A program made the position numbers and the translations under genes. A DNA stretch of 64,000 nt, from contig CAXXNF010000002.1 of the NCBI GenBank assembly GCA_963666365.2, positions 1,472,001-1,536,000 of the forward strand. Direction: 5' to 3'. The DNA comes from Syntrophales bacterium. GTDB taxonomy: Bacteria; Desulfobacterota; Syntrophia; Syntrophales; UBA2210. Of this stretch, positions 37,016-46,110 are shown one piece after another. The notes beneath the pieces were generated by a model, which saw only the letters and a list, made by a program, of their open reading frames with translations, ran no database searches and was not told where the DNA came from. Positions within the stretch are counted from its first letter, which is position 1; the number at the start of each line of letters is the position of its first letter.

Positions 37016-38263
37016 CTATGCGGGAACTGTATGTATTTCACGGTCGAACCGCTTCAGAACCACATCCCTGATCTCACCCCATATCGATACGGGATCGATG
37101 GCGTAGGAACCTGTAATCTGCGGATGCTTCTTGAGGGTCTCGGCAGCCAGCACCCCGGCCATCCTCGATCTGTTCTCCCGCGTGGCCGCCAGGGCCTGCC
37201 GTATCAGATGATCGGGCAGATCGATGGTAATGCGGTACTCACCGACCTTGATCTCTTCAACAGATGCTTTTTCGACGGCCTCGGCCGCTTTCTTCTCTTT
37301 CGTTCTTTCGGCGGAAACCTGCGCCCGCACTTCGGGGTCCTTTCCCTGCATCGCGTCCCCGCGACGCCCCTCGCCGGCGGTTTCGATCTTTTCGGGCCGG
37401 GTTCGTCCTCCCCGCGGTCTGCGCTTCCGGATGACGGGACCGGTCAATTTCTGGAAGCGGCTGCCGACATGATCGACAACCTCGCCGTTGATCCGGTCGA
37501 ACTCATTCGTCTCCCCCGCTTTCAGGCAGAGTTTCGCCATTTTGTTGATAAGGCGGGGCGTGCCTCGATTGGAATACTCCCAGATTCCTTCGATCGCATC
37601 GTCGGTAAATATGCCCTTTGACGCGCCTGCCAGTGCCAGCCGTGTTTCAATGTATGTTTTGACCACCTCCCGCGACTCCAGTCTGTCGATTCTGCTGTAG
37701 GTGCCCACGCGCTGAAAAAGGTTGGCCCGTTTCGGGTGTTCCAGCCTGCGGGCAAATTCAATCTGACCGGCCAGCACAATGGTAAACAGGTTTCGCTTGT
37801 CCCCCTGCAGATTGGTAAGCAAACGAAGATTTTCAAGATTGGAAGGAGAAATGGCGTTTGCTTCGTCAATAAAAATAAGCGCCTTTTTGCCTTCTCTGTA
37901 TGTGGAAACCAGGAGATTGTTGAATGTCTCAAGCAGTGTTACCTTGCGCTTTTCATCACACTGCCTGTTCGTAAGTTGCCCGATGATTTCCTGGAGAATC
38001 TGGACGAAAGTAATGCTGGGATTGGTGATCAGCACAATTTTGTATTTGCTCTGGTCCAGAGAATCGATGATCATACGGAGTGAAAGTGTCTTCCCCAGTC
38101 CGACATCACCAATTATGACGGCGATGCATTCGTCCCCTTCCTCTATGGCATAGCAGGTTTCCGCAATGGCATTTTCCATGGAACTGTGACAGTCTACATA
38201 CATGGACGGGTCGGGTACGTTATCAAAGGGTGGTTTCTCTAGACCCCAATATTCGTAATACAT
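37016..38263 (-). CDS. ExeA/GspA-family AAA ATPase
   Basis: MYYEYWGLEKPPFDNVPDP, GDVGLGKT, IDEA, LAGQIE, GTPRLINK. AGGAGG RBS before ATG 38263. Confidence 0.9.
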   Translation of the reverse strand: MYYEYWGLEKPPFDNVPDPSMYVDCHSSMENAIAETCYAIEEGDECIAVIIGDVGLGKTLSLRMIIDSLDQSKYKIVLITNPSITFVQILQEIIGQLTNRQCDEKRKVTLLETFNNLLVSTYREGKKALIFIDEANAISPSNLENLRLLTNLQGDKRNLFTIVLAGQIEFARRLEHPKRANLFQRVGTYSRIDRLESREVVKTYIETRLALAGASKGIFTDDAIEGIWEYSNRGTPRLINKMAKLCLKAGETNEFDRINGEVVDHVGSRFQKLTGPVIRKRRPRGGRTRPEKIETAGEGRRGDAMQGKDPEVRAQVSAERTKEKKAAEAVEKASVEEIKVGEYRITIDLPDHLIRQALAATRENRSRMAGVLAAETLKKHPQITGSYAIDPVSIWGEIRDVVLKRFDREIHTVPA

Positions 38264-38333
38264 GACATCTACCTCCTTTTCTTTTTCGTTGTGCAGTCGG
38301 CTATTCCGGCAGGATCCTGATCTTTGCGGGACT

Positions 38334-38870
38334 TCAGGAGGTCTCACCGGGTACATTGCAGCTTTTCTCCAGATACGAAAAAATGTCATCGAGCATGTAC
38401 CGTCTGGCCCTTCCGATCTTGTAGCTCGGCAATTCCCCTCTTCCGACCAGACGGTTCAGCAGACTTTTGCTGATGCCAAGCATATGCGCCACCTCTCGGG
38501 GCCGTAACATGCGCAGGGGGGGAATTGCCTCGAACTGCAGCTTCAACACAACCGGCCTGTTCCCCGGTCCGGTCCCCTCAAGCCTTTGCACTCCCTCCGC
38601 AACCTCCTTAACATGGTGATTCGACCAGAGGGCCCTCGTTTGCCCTTCCGTCAGCGCAAGGGTGACACTCTGCGCGTTCCTGTTGTGCGCCTTCCCTGAT
38701 ACAGTGCCCCCATCGACGCCGCTCCATCCCCCCGTGCGTTCTCTCAGTGAGGAGGAACGATGCGCCTCGCGGCTGTCCCCGCCTCCGGAACCTTCCTGGC
38801 GGCGCTCCCCGGTCACTTCAATGGGACGGGTCAGATGTTTTCGTAACTTGACAATAGAGATTTTCTCCAT
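38334..38870 (-). CDS. Protein with C-terminal excisionase-like HTH (HTH_17) domain
   Basis: MLRPREVAHMLGISKSLLNRLVGRGELPSYKIGRARRY; AGGAGG RBS before ATG 38870. Confidence 0.85.
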   Translation of the reverse strand: MEKISIVKLRKHLTRPIEVTGERRQEGSGGGDSREAHRSSSLRERTGGWSGVDGGTVSGKAHNRNAQSVTLALTEGQTRALWSNHHVKEVAEGVQRLEGTGPGNRPVVLKLQFEAIPPLRMLRPREVAHMLGISKSLLNRLVGRGELPSYKIGRARRYMLDDIFSYLEKSCNVPGETS

Positions 38871-39088
38871 AATTCCTCCTTTTCCTTGCCCGGCGCCGCG
38901 CCGTCGCTCCCACAGCCTGTGATGTACCGGCACACTGCAGTGGACAGTATCAGTGAAACACTATGACGGCGGCGCCGTGTATGCCCGTCGCGGAATATTA
39001 CTCCCGCACCGGTCCCACTGGGCAGAAAACAGCAAATCATGCTTTGTGATGGTAATATAAAAGGAATACTCAGAAACTACATTGAGGC

Positions 39089-39182
39089 TTGAAAAACTTC
39101 GGTAACCTGGCGATCGCCCTTCACGGGGACCCATGGCTTTGCGTCCTGCCCTCTCAGACAGTTTGCCTTTGTCGGTTTTCAA
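39089..39182 (-). ncRNA. c-di-GMP-I (GEMM) riboswitch
   Basis: Minus strand AAAGGCAAACUGUCU-GAGA-GGGCAGGACGCAAAGCCAUGGGUCC...GAUCGCCAGGUUACCGAA; it has the GGCAAAC, GNRA loop, GACGCAAAGCC and GGUUACC hallmarks. Flanked by UUGAAAA/UUUUCAA. Confidence 0.88.
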
Positions 39183-39214
39183 AGAACCCTGTTATGGGCG
39201 CTGATAATGGTTCC

Positions 39215-39243
39215 TTTATATACTGACAGGTTCTCGATGTCAA
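39215..39243 (-). promoter_or_regulatory. Putative sigma70 promoter upstream of the riboswitch
   Basis: Minus strand TTGACA, 17 bp, TATAAA. Confidence 0.6.
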
Positions 39244-39410
39244 GCCTCTTTGGTGTAATATCACTCACACCTGCACCCCATGCCGCGTTGACGCCGCAGG
39301 ATAAATGTATTGACAGTATGGCGTATTCCCTGTAGGTGCAATGGCAGGTACACTGAACGGCGCTTTTCCATCAGCCTCAAATATGCGGCAATTTCAGGAG
39401 ATTCGGTTTC

Positions 39411-40001
39411 ATGGAAACATCATCCCTTTTTGATGCGGAGCTTTTCAGATGGATCGGGATACCGGTTCTGATTTTTTTCGCCCGCGTAGTCGATGTTTCG
39501 TTAGGCACACTCCGCATCATTTACATCTCGCGGGGGATGAAGGTGCTGGCACCTCTCTTCGGTTTTTGCGAAATTCTTATCTGGCTGATTGCCATAGGGC
39601 AGATCATGCAGAACCTGACCAGCATCTCCTACTACCTCGCCTATGCATTCGGGTTTGCGTCGGGTAATTTCGTAGGCATTTTCATTGAAGAACGGCTTGC
39701 CGTGGGAAAGGTCGTGCTTCGCATTATTACCCAGAGGGATGCGACGGAACTTATCAGGGAGCTTCGTGCAAAAGGATACGGCGTTACCGTCGTCGATGCC
39801 TGGGGTTCCACGGGACCGGTGAAATTGATTTTTACTGTCATCAGCAGAACAGATGTGGAAGATGCCGTTGCATTAGTGCAGCATTTCAATCCGCGCGCCT
39901 TTTTTTCCGTGGAGGATGTAAGGCTTGCCCGTGAAGGCATCTTTCCTCCACACCGGATATCGACGCTGCAACGACTGAGATTTACACGAAAAGGAAAATG
40001 A
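39411..40001 (+). CDS. DUF2179/UPF0316 membrane protein
   Basis: IFFARVVDVSLGTLRI, GFCEILIW, YAFGFASGNFVG, NPRAFFSVEDVR. Confidence 0.88.
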   Translation: METSSLFDAELFRWIGIPVLIFFARVVDVSLGTLRIIYISRGMKVLAPLFGFCEILIWLIAIGQIMQNLTSISYYLAYAFGFASGNFVGIFIEERLAVGKVVLRIITQRDATELIRELRAKGYGVTVVDAWGSTGPVKLIFTVISRTDVEDAVALVQHFNPRAFFSVEDVRLAREGIFPPHRISTLQRLRFTRKGK

Positions 40002-40202
40002 ACACGTCGCTTGATTCCGCCGATGCCTGTCACCTTTCATGACAAGGCACGCGGCAGATGACTGTCAGTCAGGGAATCCACAGCGCTGTGAATACCTCTG
40101 TTGACAACGCTGTGGAAAGGAAGGGTAACCAGTAGAACTCTCAGGCAATATTAACGGATTGCCCACAGATTAGGCAAGATATTATATAATATAAACAAAT
40201 AG

Positions 40203-41036
40203 TTAGAGTTTTTTAACTTGATTTCGGGAGGATAGGCGGCTTTCCCTGCCCCCCCTTTTTGCGGGGTCTTCATCCCTTCTTCCCGTCCCTGCAATATAAT
40301 CCACAAAGGCGTCTTCATCACCGGCTTCGATCAGTTTTTTCATCCGGGAAAGCACCCTTTCATAGAGTGCCGCCATTTCTCCTATATAGGGATTTTTCAT
40401 CACTATCTCGGCATGAAGCCGGGGATTTTCCTTCACGACTCTCTCGATAATTGAACACTTCAATTCAAAAAGCGGCGTCGAGTAATTGCGAAGTTCCTCA
40501 GGCGTGATTCCCGTTTCGGAGAGTACCGCGCTCATCGTCATGGTGTTCAGGTGGTTCAGACCCTGCACAATTGACATCATTTTATCGTGCCGCTCCGGCG
40601 TTGTTTCAATTACGGCGGCCCCTTCAGCGGCAAAGAGTGTTCGCGGCCACTCGTTCCATCTGAAAATGCGGGCCGGGCAGAGTACTATGTGAAGTCCCTT
40701 TATCGACTCGACGGAAGGTCCGAAAAGGGGGTGGCTTCCGAGCACCTCGGCCTTTGTCGATGCACACATCCACTTCACCGGTTCTTCTTTCAGGGAGGTG
40801 ACGTCCATCAGCAGCGCCCTTTCATCCAGAAGCGGCCCCACCTCTTCGATCACCCTGCGTGTTGCGTGAATGGGAACGGCCACCACCACGACGGCACATC
40901 CCGCAACTGCCGACTCTATGCTGTCCCCCCTGTCGATCACGCGAACGGTATGGCCGCAGCCTTCAAAAAAACGGACGCACCAGGCGCCCATGCCTCCGGC
41001 GCCGCCTATCACGCCGATGCGGAAATCAGTCATCAT
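40203..41036 (-). CDS. tyrA: Prephenate/arogenate dehydrogenase
   Basis: IGVIGGAGGMG, DVTSLKE, HPLFGP, HDKMMSIVQGLNH. Confidence 0.88.
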   Translation of the reverse strand: MMTDFRIGVIGGAGGMGAWCVRFFEGCGHTVRVIDRGDSIESAVAGCAVVVVAVPIHATRRVIEEVGPLLDERALLMDVTSLKEEPVKWMCASTKAEVLGSHPLFGPSVESIKGLHIVLCPARIFRWNEWPRTLFAAEGAAVIETTPERHDKMMSIVQGLNHLNTMTMSAVLSETGITPEELRNYSTPLFELKCSIIERVVKENPRLHAEIVMKNPYIGEMAALYERVLSRMKKLIEAGDEDAFVDYIAGTGRRDEDPAKRGGRESRLSSRNQVKKL

Positions 41037-41050
41037 AAAAACCTCTCCCG

Positions 41051-41161
41051 GGGACACTTCCCTATTTTTCCTGTACCTGACGCTATAGATAATTTTTATC
41101 TTTTTTTCAAATATTCTGAGGCCTCTGCACCTGTTGCCCTGTAAAAAATAGGGAAGTGTCC
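41051..41161. repeat. Paired-hairpin element, copy D (different interior), overlapping the trpF 3' end
   Basis: GGACACTTCCCTATTTTT ... AAAAATAGGGAAGTGTCC. Confidence 0.85.
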
Positions 41162-41791
41162 TCCTTTCGTTCCTTCGGCCTTCACTGCGTCGGTGATTGT
41201 CCGGATCTTTTCGTGGTTTTTTATGCCCGGTGCGAGCTCGCAGCCACTGTTGATATCGACGGCCCAGGGGGACACGACCCGAAGGGCATTCACAATATTG
41301 CCGGCGTCAAGACCGCCGGCCAGTATTAGCGGTCGGCGCCGTGCCAGTTGTGTTGCAAGTGCCCAGTTCGACCTCGCCCCCGTACCACCGTACAATCCCC
41401 CGGATCGCGCATCGACAAGAAGCGCCCCGGCAGGATAGGTCGCCGCCTTCTCAACATCTTCTGCCTGCTGCAGGGAAAAGGCCTTTATGACGCTCTTCGA
41501 TGGAAAACGTCCGGCGAATTCAGGCGGCTCGTCTCCGTGAAGCTGGATCATATCGAGACTGCAGAACGCGACCACATCCTTTATTTCGCTTTCCGGCTGA
41601 TTGACAAAGACCCCCACCCGGACCGGTTCCGGCGGCAGCGCATCCACTATGGACCGCACCGCCTCAGGCGTCACGTACCGTGGACTGGGGGGATAAAAAA
41701 TGAACCCCAGAGCATGGGCCCCGCTGTCAGCGGCGCACTGTGCATCAGCGTGATTCGTAATACCGCAGATCTTTATTTCCGTCATGGACAC
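41096..41791 (-). CDS. trpF: Phosphoribosylanthranilate isomerase
   Basis: KICGIT, SPRYV, QLHGDE, GGTG, LAGGL, DINSGCE. Confidence 0.95.
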   Translation of the reverse strand: MSMTEIKICGITNHADAQCAADSGAHALGFIFYPPSPRYVTPEAVRSIVDALPPEPVRVGVFVNQPESEIKDVVAFCSLDMIQLHGDEPPEFAGRFPSKSVIKAFSLQQAEDVEKAATYPAGALLVDARSGGLYGGTGARSNWALATQLARRRPLILAGGLDAGNIVNALRVVSPWAVDINSGCELAPGIKNHEKIRTITDAVKAEGTKGGHFPIFYRATGAEASEYLKKR

Positions 41792-42567
41792 CCTTCCTTT
41801 CCCATGAGCGCGCCCAGCGCCGCAGTCATATCATCACTTCTCATAAGGAACTCCCCCACGAGAAAGGCATGGATTCCTCTTTCCATCAGGAACAGCACAT
41901 CCTTCCGGGAACGAATGCCGCTTTCCGAAACAACGCACACTCCCTGGGGAACATGGGCGGCCAGTTCCGCGCTCACGGCAAGATCGGTGGCAAAGGTGGC
42001 CAAATCCCTGTTGTTGATTCCTATAATGGGCGCCTTCGCTTCGAGGGCGCGATCCAGCTCAGCACGATCGTGCACTTCCACAAGGGAAACCATCCCCAGT
42101 GATTCGGTCAGTGCAATAAATTCGGCAAGCCGATCCGTCTCCAGCATCCGGGCAATCAAAAGAAGCGCATCTCCCGCAAAGGCGCGCGTTTCGTAGATCT
42201 GATAGGGATCGATGATAAAGTCCTTCCTGAGAAGAGGAATGGAGGCGACCTGACCGATCTGCAGAAGATATTCGATAGTGCCTTCAAAAAAGTCTTCCTC
42301 CGTCAGGACCGACAGGGCGGCCGCCCCTCCCCGCTCATAGGCGCGGGCGATTGCACGGGGATCGAAGTCCTCCTTAATCCGCCCTTTCGAGGGCGAACTT
42401 CGTTTGACCTCCGCAATCACGGCACAGGGAGCGCTTTCCACGGCCCCCTTGAAATCACGGGGCGGCGGAACCTCTCCGATCCGCTCCTGGAGAAAAGCAA
42501 GGCTCCGCATTTTCTTGTGCCGGCCCAGCGCACTCTTTTTGGCGTCGATAATTCTGTCGAGTATCAT
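41782..42567 (-). CDS. trpC: Indole-3-glycerol phosphate synthase
   Basis: IAEVKRSSPSKG, LRKDFI, GINNRDL, SESGI. Confidence 0.96.
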   Translation of the reverse strand: MILDRIIDAKKSALGRHKKMRSLAFLQERIGEVPPPRDFKGAVESAPCAVIAEVKRSSPSKGRIKEDFDPRAIARAYERGGAAALSVLTEEDFFEGTIEYLLQIGQVASIPLLRKDFIIDPYQIYETRAFAGDALLLIARMLETDRLAEFIALTESLGMVSLVEVHDRAELDRALEAKAPIIGINNRDLATFATDLAVSAELAAHVPQGVCVVSESGIRSRKDVLFLMERGIHAFLVGEFLMRSDDMTAALGALMGKEGCP

Positions 42568-42574
42568 GGGATCC

Positions 42575-43585
42575 TCAGCTGTTGCTTATCTCGACGAGGC
42601 CGCGAAGCTTTTTCATGGCAAGACCTCCATCTATAGACTCCTTCGCAACGTCGATCCCTTTCTGAAGAGTACGGACCTTTTCGCCCGCCACAATGGCAAG
42701 ACCTGCATTGAGAAGCACGATATCCCGGGCGGCGCCCTCTGCCCCGGAAAGCACCTCGGTGGTGATTCGGGCGTTTGTGTCGGCATCCTTGCCGAGGAGT
42801 TCCTCCGGGGAATAGGTAACGCCGAAGAGGCTTACCGGATCGATGTTGTAGGTGGAAATCATGCCGTCATTCAATTCGGAAACCCTCGTCTCGGCGGTAA
42901 CGGTGGCTTCGTCAAGACCGTCGGCCCCATGGACCACAAAGGCCCTCTTTGCGCCGAGCCGTTTCAGCACAGATGCAACTACTTCCGTCAGCTTCGCGTC
43001 GTAGACGCCGATCAGCTGAGCGGTGGCCCCGGCAGGATTGGCGAGCGGCCCCAGCATGTTGAACACGGTTCTGATCCCTACTTCTCTCCTTGGTTTTACC
43101 GCATATTTCATGGCCCCGTGAAGTGCCGGCGCAAAGAGAAAGCCGATCCCGATCCGGTGGATGCATTCTTCTATGATTTCCGGTCCTGCCGTAATGTTGA
43201 CGCCCAGGGCTTCCAGCACATCGGCGCTTCCGCATCCGCTCGAAACGGCCCGGTTGCCGTGCTTTGCCACTGTAATACCGGCAGCGGCGACCACAAAGGC
43301 CGTGGTTGTGGAAATATTGAAGGTATTCATCCCGTCGCCGCCGGTCCCGCAGGTATCGACAATAACCGATGAGCGGGTATCGATGCGCGTGGCCTTCTGC
43401 CTCATGATGCGGGCGGCGCCGGTGACTTCATCGATCGTCTCCCCTTTCATACGGAGCGCGGTGATACACGCGCCGATCTGGGCCTCCGTGGCGTCACCCT
43501 CCATAATTTCATCCATCACCGCCATCATCTCCTGCTCTTTTAAGTCATTTCCCTCCACGAGGGTGGCAAGGGCTTCTTTGATCAT
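42575..43585 (-). CDS. trpD: Anthranilate phosphoribosyltransferase
   Basis: DTCGTGGDG, NIST, KHGNRAVSS, GLDE. Confidence 0.96.
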   Translation of the reverse strand: MIKEALATLVEGNDLKEQEMMAVMDEIMEGDATEAQIGACITALRMKGETIDEVTGAARIMRQKATRIDTRSSVIVDTCGTGGDGMNTFNISTTTAFVVAAAGITVAKHGNRAVSSGCGSADVLEALGVNITAGPEIIEECIHRIGIGFLFAPALHGAMKYAVKPRREVGIRTVFNMLGPLANPAGATAQLIGVYDAKLTEVVASVLKRLGAKRAFVVHGADGLDEATVTAETRVSELNDGMISTYNIDPVSLFGVTYSPEELLGKDADTNARITTEVLSGAEGAARDIVLLNAGLAIVAGEKVRTLQKGIDVAKESIDGGLAMKKLRGLVEISNS

Positions 43586-43600
43586 GATAAAAATTCCTCT

Positions 43601-44167
43601 CTAATTTCTTGAAATAAAATTTTTAATAATCCGTTTCCCCTGAGGGGTAAGGATCGATTCGGGATGAAACTGTATCCCTTCCGTGGGATAGACCCGGTGC
43701 CTGAGCCCCATCACTTCCCCTTCTTCCGTTTCGGCACTGATTTCCAGACAGGAGGGGATGCTGTCCCGATCCACGATCAGCGAGTGGTACCGCCCCGCCG
43801 TAAAAGGAGACGGCAGCCCGGAAAAGATGGTTCTGCCGTCATTGAAAATGGGCGAGGTCTTCCCGTGCATAACGCGTTCGGCGCGCACCACCCGTGCCCC
43901 GAAGGCATATCCGATAGCCTGGTGCCCCAGGCAGACACCCATGATGGGAACTTCCCGGTGAAAGCGCCGGATAACCTCGACGGCCACACCGGCATCTTTG
44001 GGAGAACGGGGACCGGGGGATATGACTATCGACGCAGGCTTCATCGCTTCGATGGCCGTCACAGTGATGCAGTCATTTCTGTGCACCGCCACGTCATGTC
44101 CCAGCTGTTCCAGATAGTGCACAATGTTGTAGGTAAACGAGTCATAATTATCGATCATGAGTATCAT
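43601..44167 (-). CDS. trpG: Anthranilate synthase component II
   Basis: IDNYDSFTYN, ISPGP, GVCLGHQ, QFHPES. Confidence 0.96.
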   Translation of the reverse strand: MILMIDNYDSFTYNIVHYLEQLGHDVAVHRNDCITVTAIEAMKPASIVISPGPRSPKDAGVAVEVIRRFHREVPIMGVCLGHQAIGYAFGARVVRAERVMHGKTSPIFNDGRTIFSGLPSPFTAGRYHSLIVDRDSIPSCLEISAETEEGEVMGLRHRVYPTEGIQFHPESILTPQGKRIIKNFISRN

Positions 44168-44179
44168 TGGACGCCCCCC

Positions 44180-45670
44180 TCAGCGTGTAAGTAAAAAATT
44201 ATTGGCCGCCAGATGAATCGCCTCCATCATGGCTTTGGCTTTGTGCATGGTTTCTTCATATTCAAGATCGGGGTCGGAATCAGCCACAATCCCGGCGCCG
44301 GTCTGTATGAAAAGGGTCCCCTCTTCTACCGTGATGGTACGAATGGTGATGCACAGGTCCATATTCCCCGTGTATCCGATATACCCTACGGCCCCTCCGT
44401 AGGGTCCCCGGCGGCTTTCTTCCAGTTCTTCTATAATTTCCATGGCCCTCACCTTCGGCGCCCCGGTGAGGGTGCCCGCAGGAAAGGTCGCCCGCAGCAC
44501 ATCGAAGGCATCTTTGCCGGGCGCAAGCTGCGCCTGTACATTCGATACAAGATGCATTACATGGGAATAGCGCTCCACCATCATAAGCCGCGTCACCTGG
44601 ACGCTTCCTGTCCGGGCAACTCTTCCCAGATCGTTCCTTCCCAGATCGACAAGCATGATGTGTTCGGCCTTTTCCTTGGCGTCGCCCAGAAGCTCGTCGG
44701 CCAGCATCCGATCTTCCTGCTCGTTTTTCCCCCGGCGCCGCGTCCCGGCGATCGGTCGCAGCTCGGCGATACCCTCTTCCATGCGCACCATGACCTCGGG
44801 AGAAGAGCCGATAAGCGTAATATCGCCGAGTTTGAGATAAAAGAGGTAGGGCGAAGGATTAATGAAGCGTAGGGCGCGATACAAATCGACGGGATTCATA
44901 TCGCTTTTCCTTCGAAACCGCTGTGACAGCACCACCTGTATCACATCGCCGTTGACAATGTACTCCTTGGCTTTTCTGACCATGTCCTTGAAAGCCTCAG
45001 GCGCCCTCTCCGGCTGAAGCGAAAAATCGCCTCCTGAACTACGCCGAACCGGTTCCTCCCCGTCCTTTGACGTTACACTGTCGATCGTCTCTTCGATCTT
45101 TCGAAGGCCCTCGTCATAGAGGGAACGAAGATCGCTTCCCTCATCGACGCGGATTGAGGCGACTGCTTTGATTGTATGCCGGATATGGTCGAAGATAACC
45201 ACGGTATCGGTGATAATGAACACCGCATCCACCCTCTCGGAATCACCAGTGATGACCTCGGGAAGTTTTTCAAAATACCGGACCATGTCGTAGCCGAGAT
45301 AGCCCAGGGCGCCTCCGTAAAATCGGGGCAGACTGTCAGTGGGAACGGGATGGTATTTTCCCACAAGGTTCTTCAAATATTTCATCGGATCGCCCTGATG
45401 CGCGCAGCTCGTTTTTTTCCCATTTTCCTCGATCTCGACGCGGGACCCGACAACCCTGAATATTGTCCGGGGGTCACATCCCAGAAAGGTGTAGCGACCC
45501 CACTTTTCACCCCCCTCCATGCTCTCCAGAAGATAGGCGTAGGACTTGGCACGAAGGTTCATCAATGCCGTCACCGGAGTGTGGATGTCGGCCAGAATTT
45601 CCCGATAGAGGGGCACCAGGCTTCCCGGCGCGGCGAGTTTTGCAAATGCATCAAATGTCAGTGAGTACAT
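44180..45670 (-). CDS. trpE: Anthranilate synthase component I
   Basis: LLES, NPSPY, GSSPE, EHIMLVDLGRND, PAGTLTGAPK, GAGIVADS. Confidence 0.96.
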   Translation of the reverse strand: MYSLTFDAFAKLAAPGSLVPLYREILADIHTPVTALMNLRAKSYAYLLESMEGGEKWGRYTFLGCDPRTIFRVVGSRVEIEENGKKTSCAHQGDPMKYLKNLVGKYHPVPTDSLPRFYGGALGYLGYDMVRYFEKLPEVITGDSERVDAVFIITDTVVIFDHIRHTIKAVASIRVDEGSDLRSLYDEGLRKIEETIDSVTSKDGEEPVRRSSGGDFSLQPERAPEAFKDMVRKAKEYIVNGDVIQVVLSQRFRRKSDMNPVDLYRALRFINPSPYLFYLKLGDITLIGSSPEVMVRMEEGIAELRPIAGTRRRGKNEQEDRMLADELLGDAKEKAEHIMLVDLGRNDLGRVARTGSVQVTRLMMVERYSHVMHLVSNVQAQLAPGKDAFDVLRATFPAGTLTGAPKVRAMEIIEELEESRRGPYGGAVGYIGYTGNMDLCITIRTITVEEGTLFIQTGAGIVADSDPDLEYEETMHKAKAMMEAIHLAANNFLLTR

Positions 45671-45686
45671 GTCCCTTTCTCCTTAC

Positions 45687-45764
45687 AAAAAAAGGCCGTG
45701 AGTTGCTCACGGCCTTTTCAATTTATATACAGGGCCGTGAAACCCGGAAGGGGGTTTCACGGCC
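45687..45764 (-). terminator. trp attenuator hairpins (intrinsic terminator plus upstream alternative hairpin)
   Basis: Minus strand GGCCGTGAAACCC..GGGTTTCACGGCC (45733-45764), then AAAAGGCCGTGAG-CAA-CTCACGGCC-T7. Confidence 0.85.
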
Positions 45765-45786
45765 TTGATATCAATATTTCAGTCTA

Positions 45787-45843
45787 TCAGCGGCGGATAC
45801 ACCCCTTCCTTTTGATGCGGGTCCACCACCAGTTACGGTTCAT
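45787..45843 (-). CDS. trpL: trp operon leader peptide MNRNWWWTRIKRKGCIRR
   Basis: Three tandem TGG codons between the promoter and the attenuator hairpins. The frame is open upstream through a 9-bp repeat to GTG 45933. Confidence 0.85.
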   Translation of the reverse strand: MNRNWWWTRIKRKGCIRR

Positions 45844-45921
45844 CTGTTCTGTCTGGTCTATTTGGTTCATTTGGTCTGTCTGGTCTGTTTGGTTCATTTG
45901 GTCTGTCTGGTCTGATTGGTC
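45838..45921 (-). repeat. 9-bp tandem repeat (ACCAGACAG family) in the trp leader
   Basis: Minus strand GACCAATCA GACCAGACA GACCAAATG AACCAAACA GACCAGACA GACCAAATG AACCAAATA GACCAGACA GAACAGATG. Confidence 0.85.
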
Positions 45922-45953
45922 AGACAAACTCACCCTTCATTAAAGTGGACCTG

Positions 45954-45982
45954 TGTATAACAGCTTTAAAAGTGACAGTCAA
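45954..45982 (-). promoter_or_regulatory. Putative sigma70 promoter of the trp operon
   Basis: Minus strand TTGACT, 17 bp ending in TGT, TATACA. Confidence 0.5.
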
Positions 45983-46016
45983 CAGAAAAATGATTCTATC
46001 GATAGAAACACGCAAA

Positions 46017-46110
46017 AACAGGGACACTTCCCTATTTTTTTTGCAGAAGAGTTCTGTTTCCGTATTTATATTATAGTCTTACGAACCAAAAATAGGGAAG
46101 TGTCCCTGTT
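46017..46110. repeat. Paired-hairpin element, copy E, overlapping the aroC 3' end
   Basis: Perfect 23-bp inverted termini AACAGGGACACTTCCCTATTTTT / AAAAATAGGGAAGTGTCCCTGTT. Confidence 0.88.

Noticed and set aside
36128..38870. Prophage or transposon suggested by excisionase-like HTH plus ExeA-like ATPase
   Set aside because: No integrase, transposase, att repeats or phage genes; the upstream riboswitch suggests a host regulatory operon.
39089..39182. 3',3'-cGAMP-sensing GEMM-Ib variant
   Set aside because: The discriminating position (Vc2 G20 equivalent) appears to be G rather than A by manual alignment.
45670..45990. T-box or TRAP-type regulation of trpE
   Set aside because: No T-box AAGGTGGTACC-like motif or (G/U)AG repeat array; the WWW leader and hairpins explain the region.
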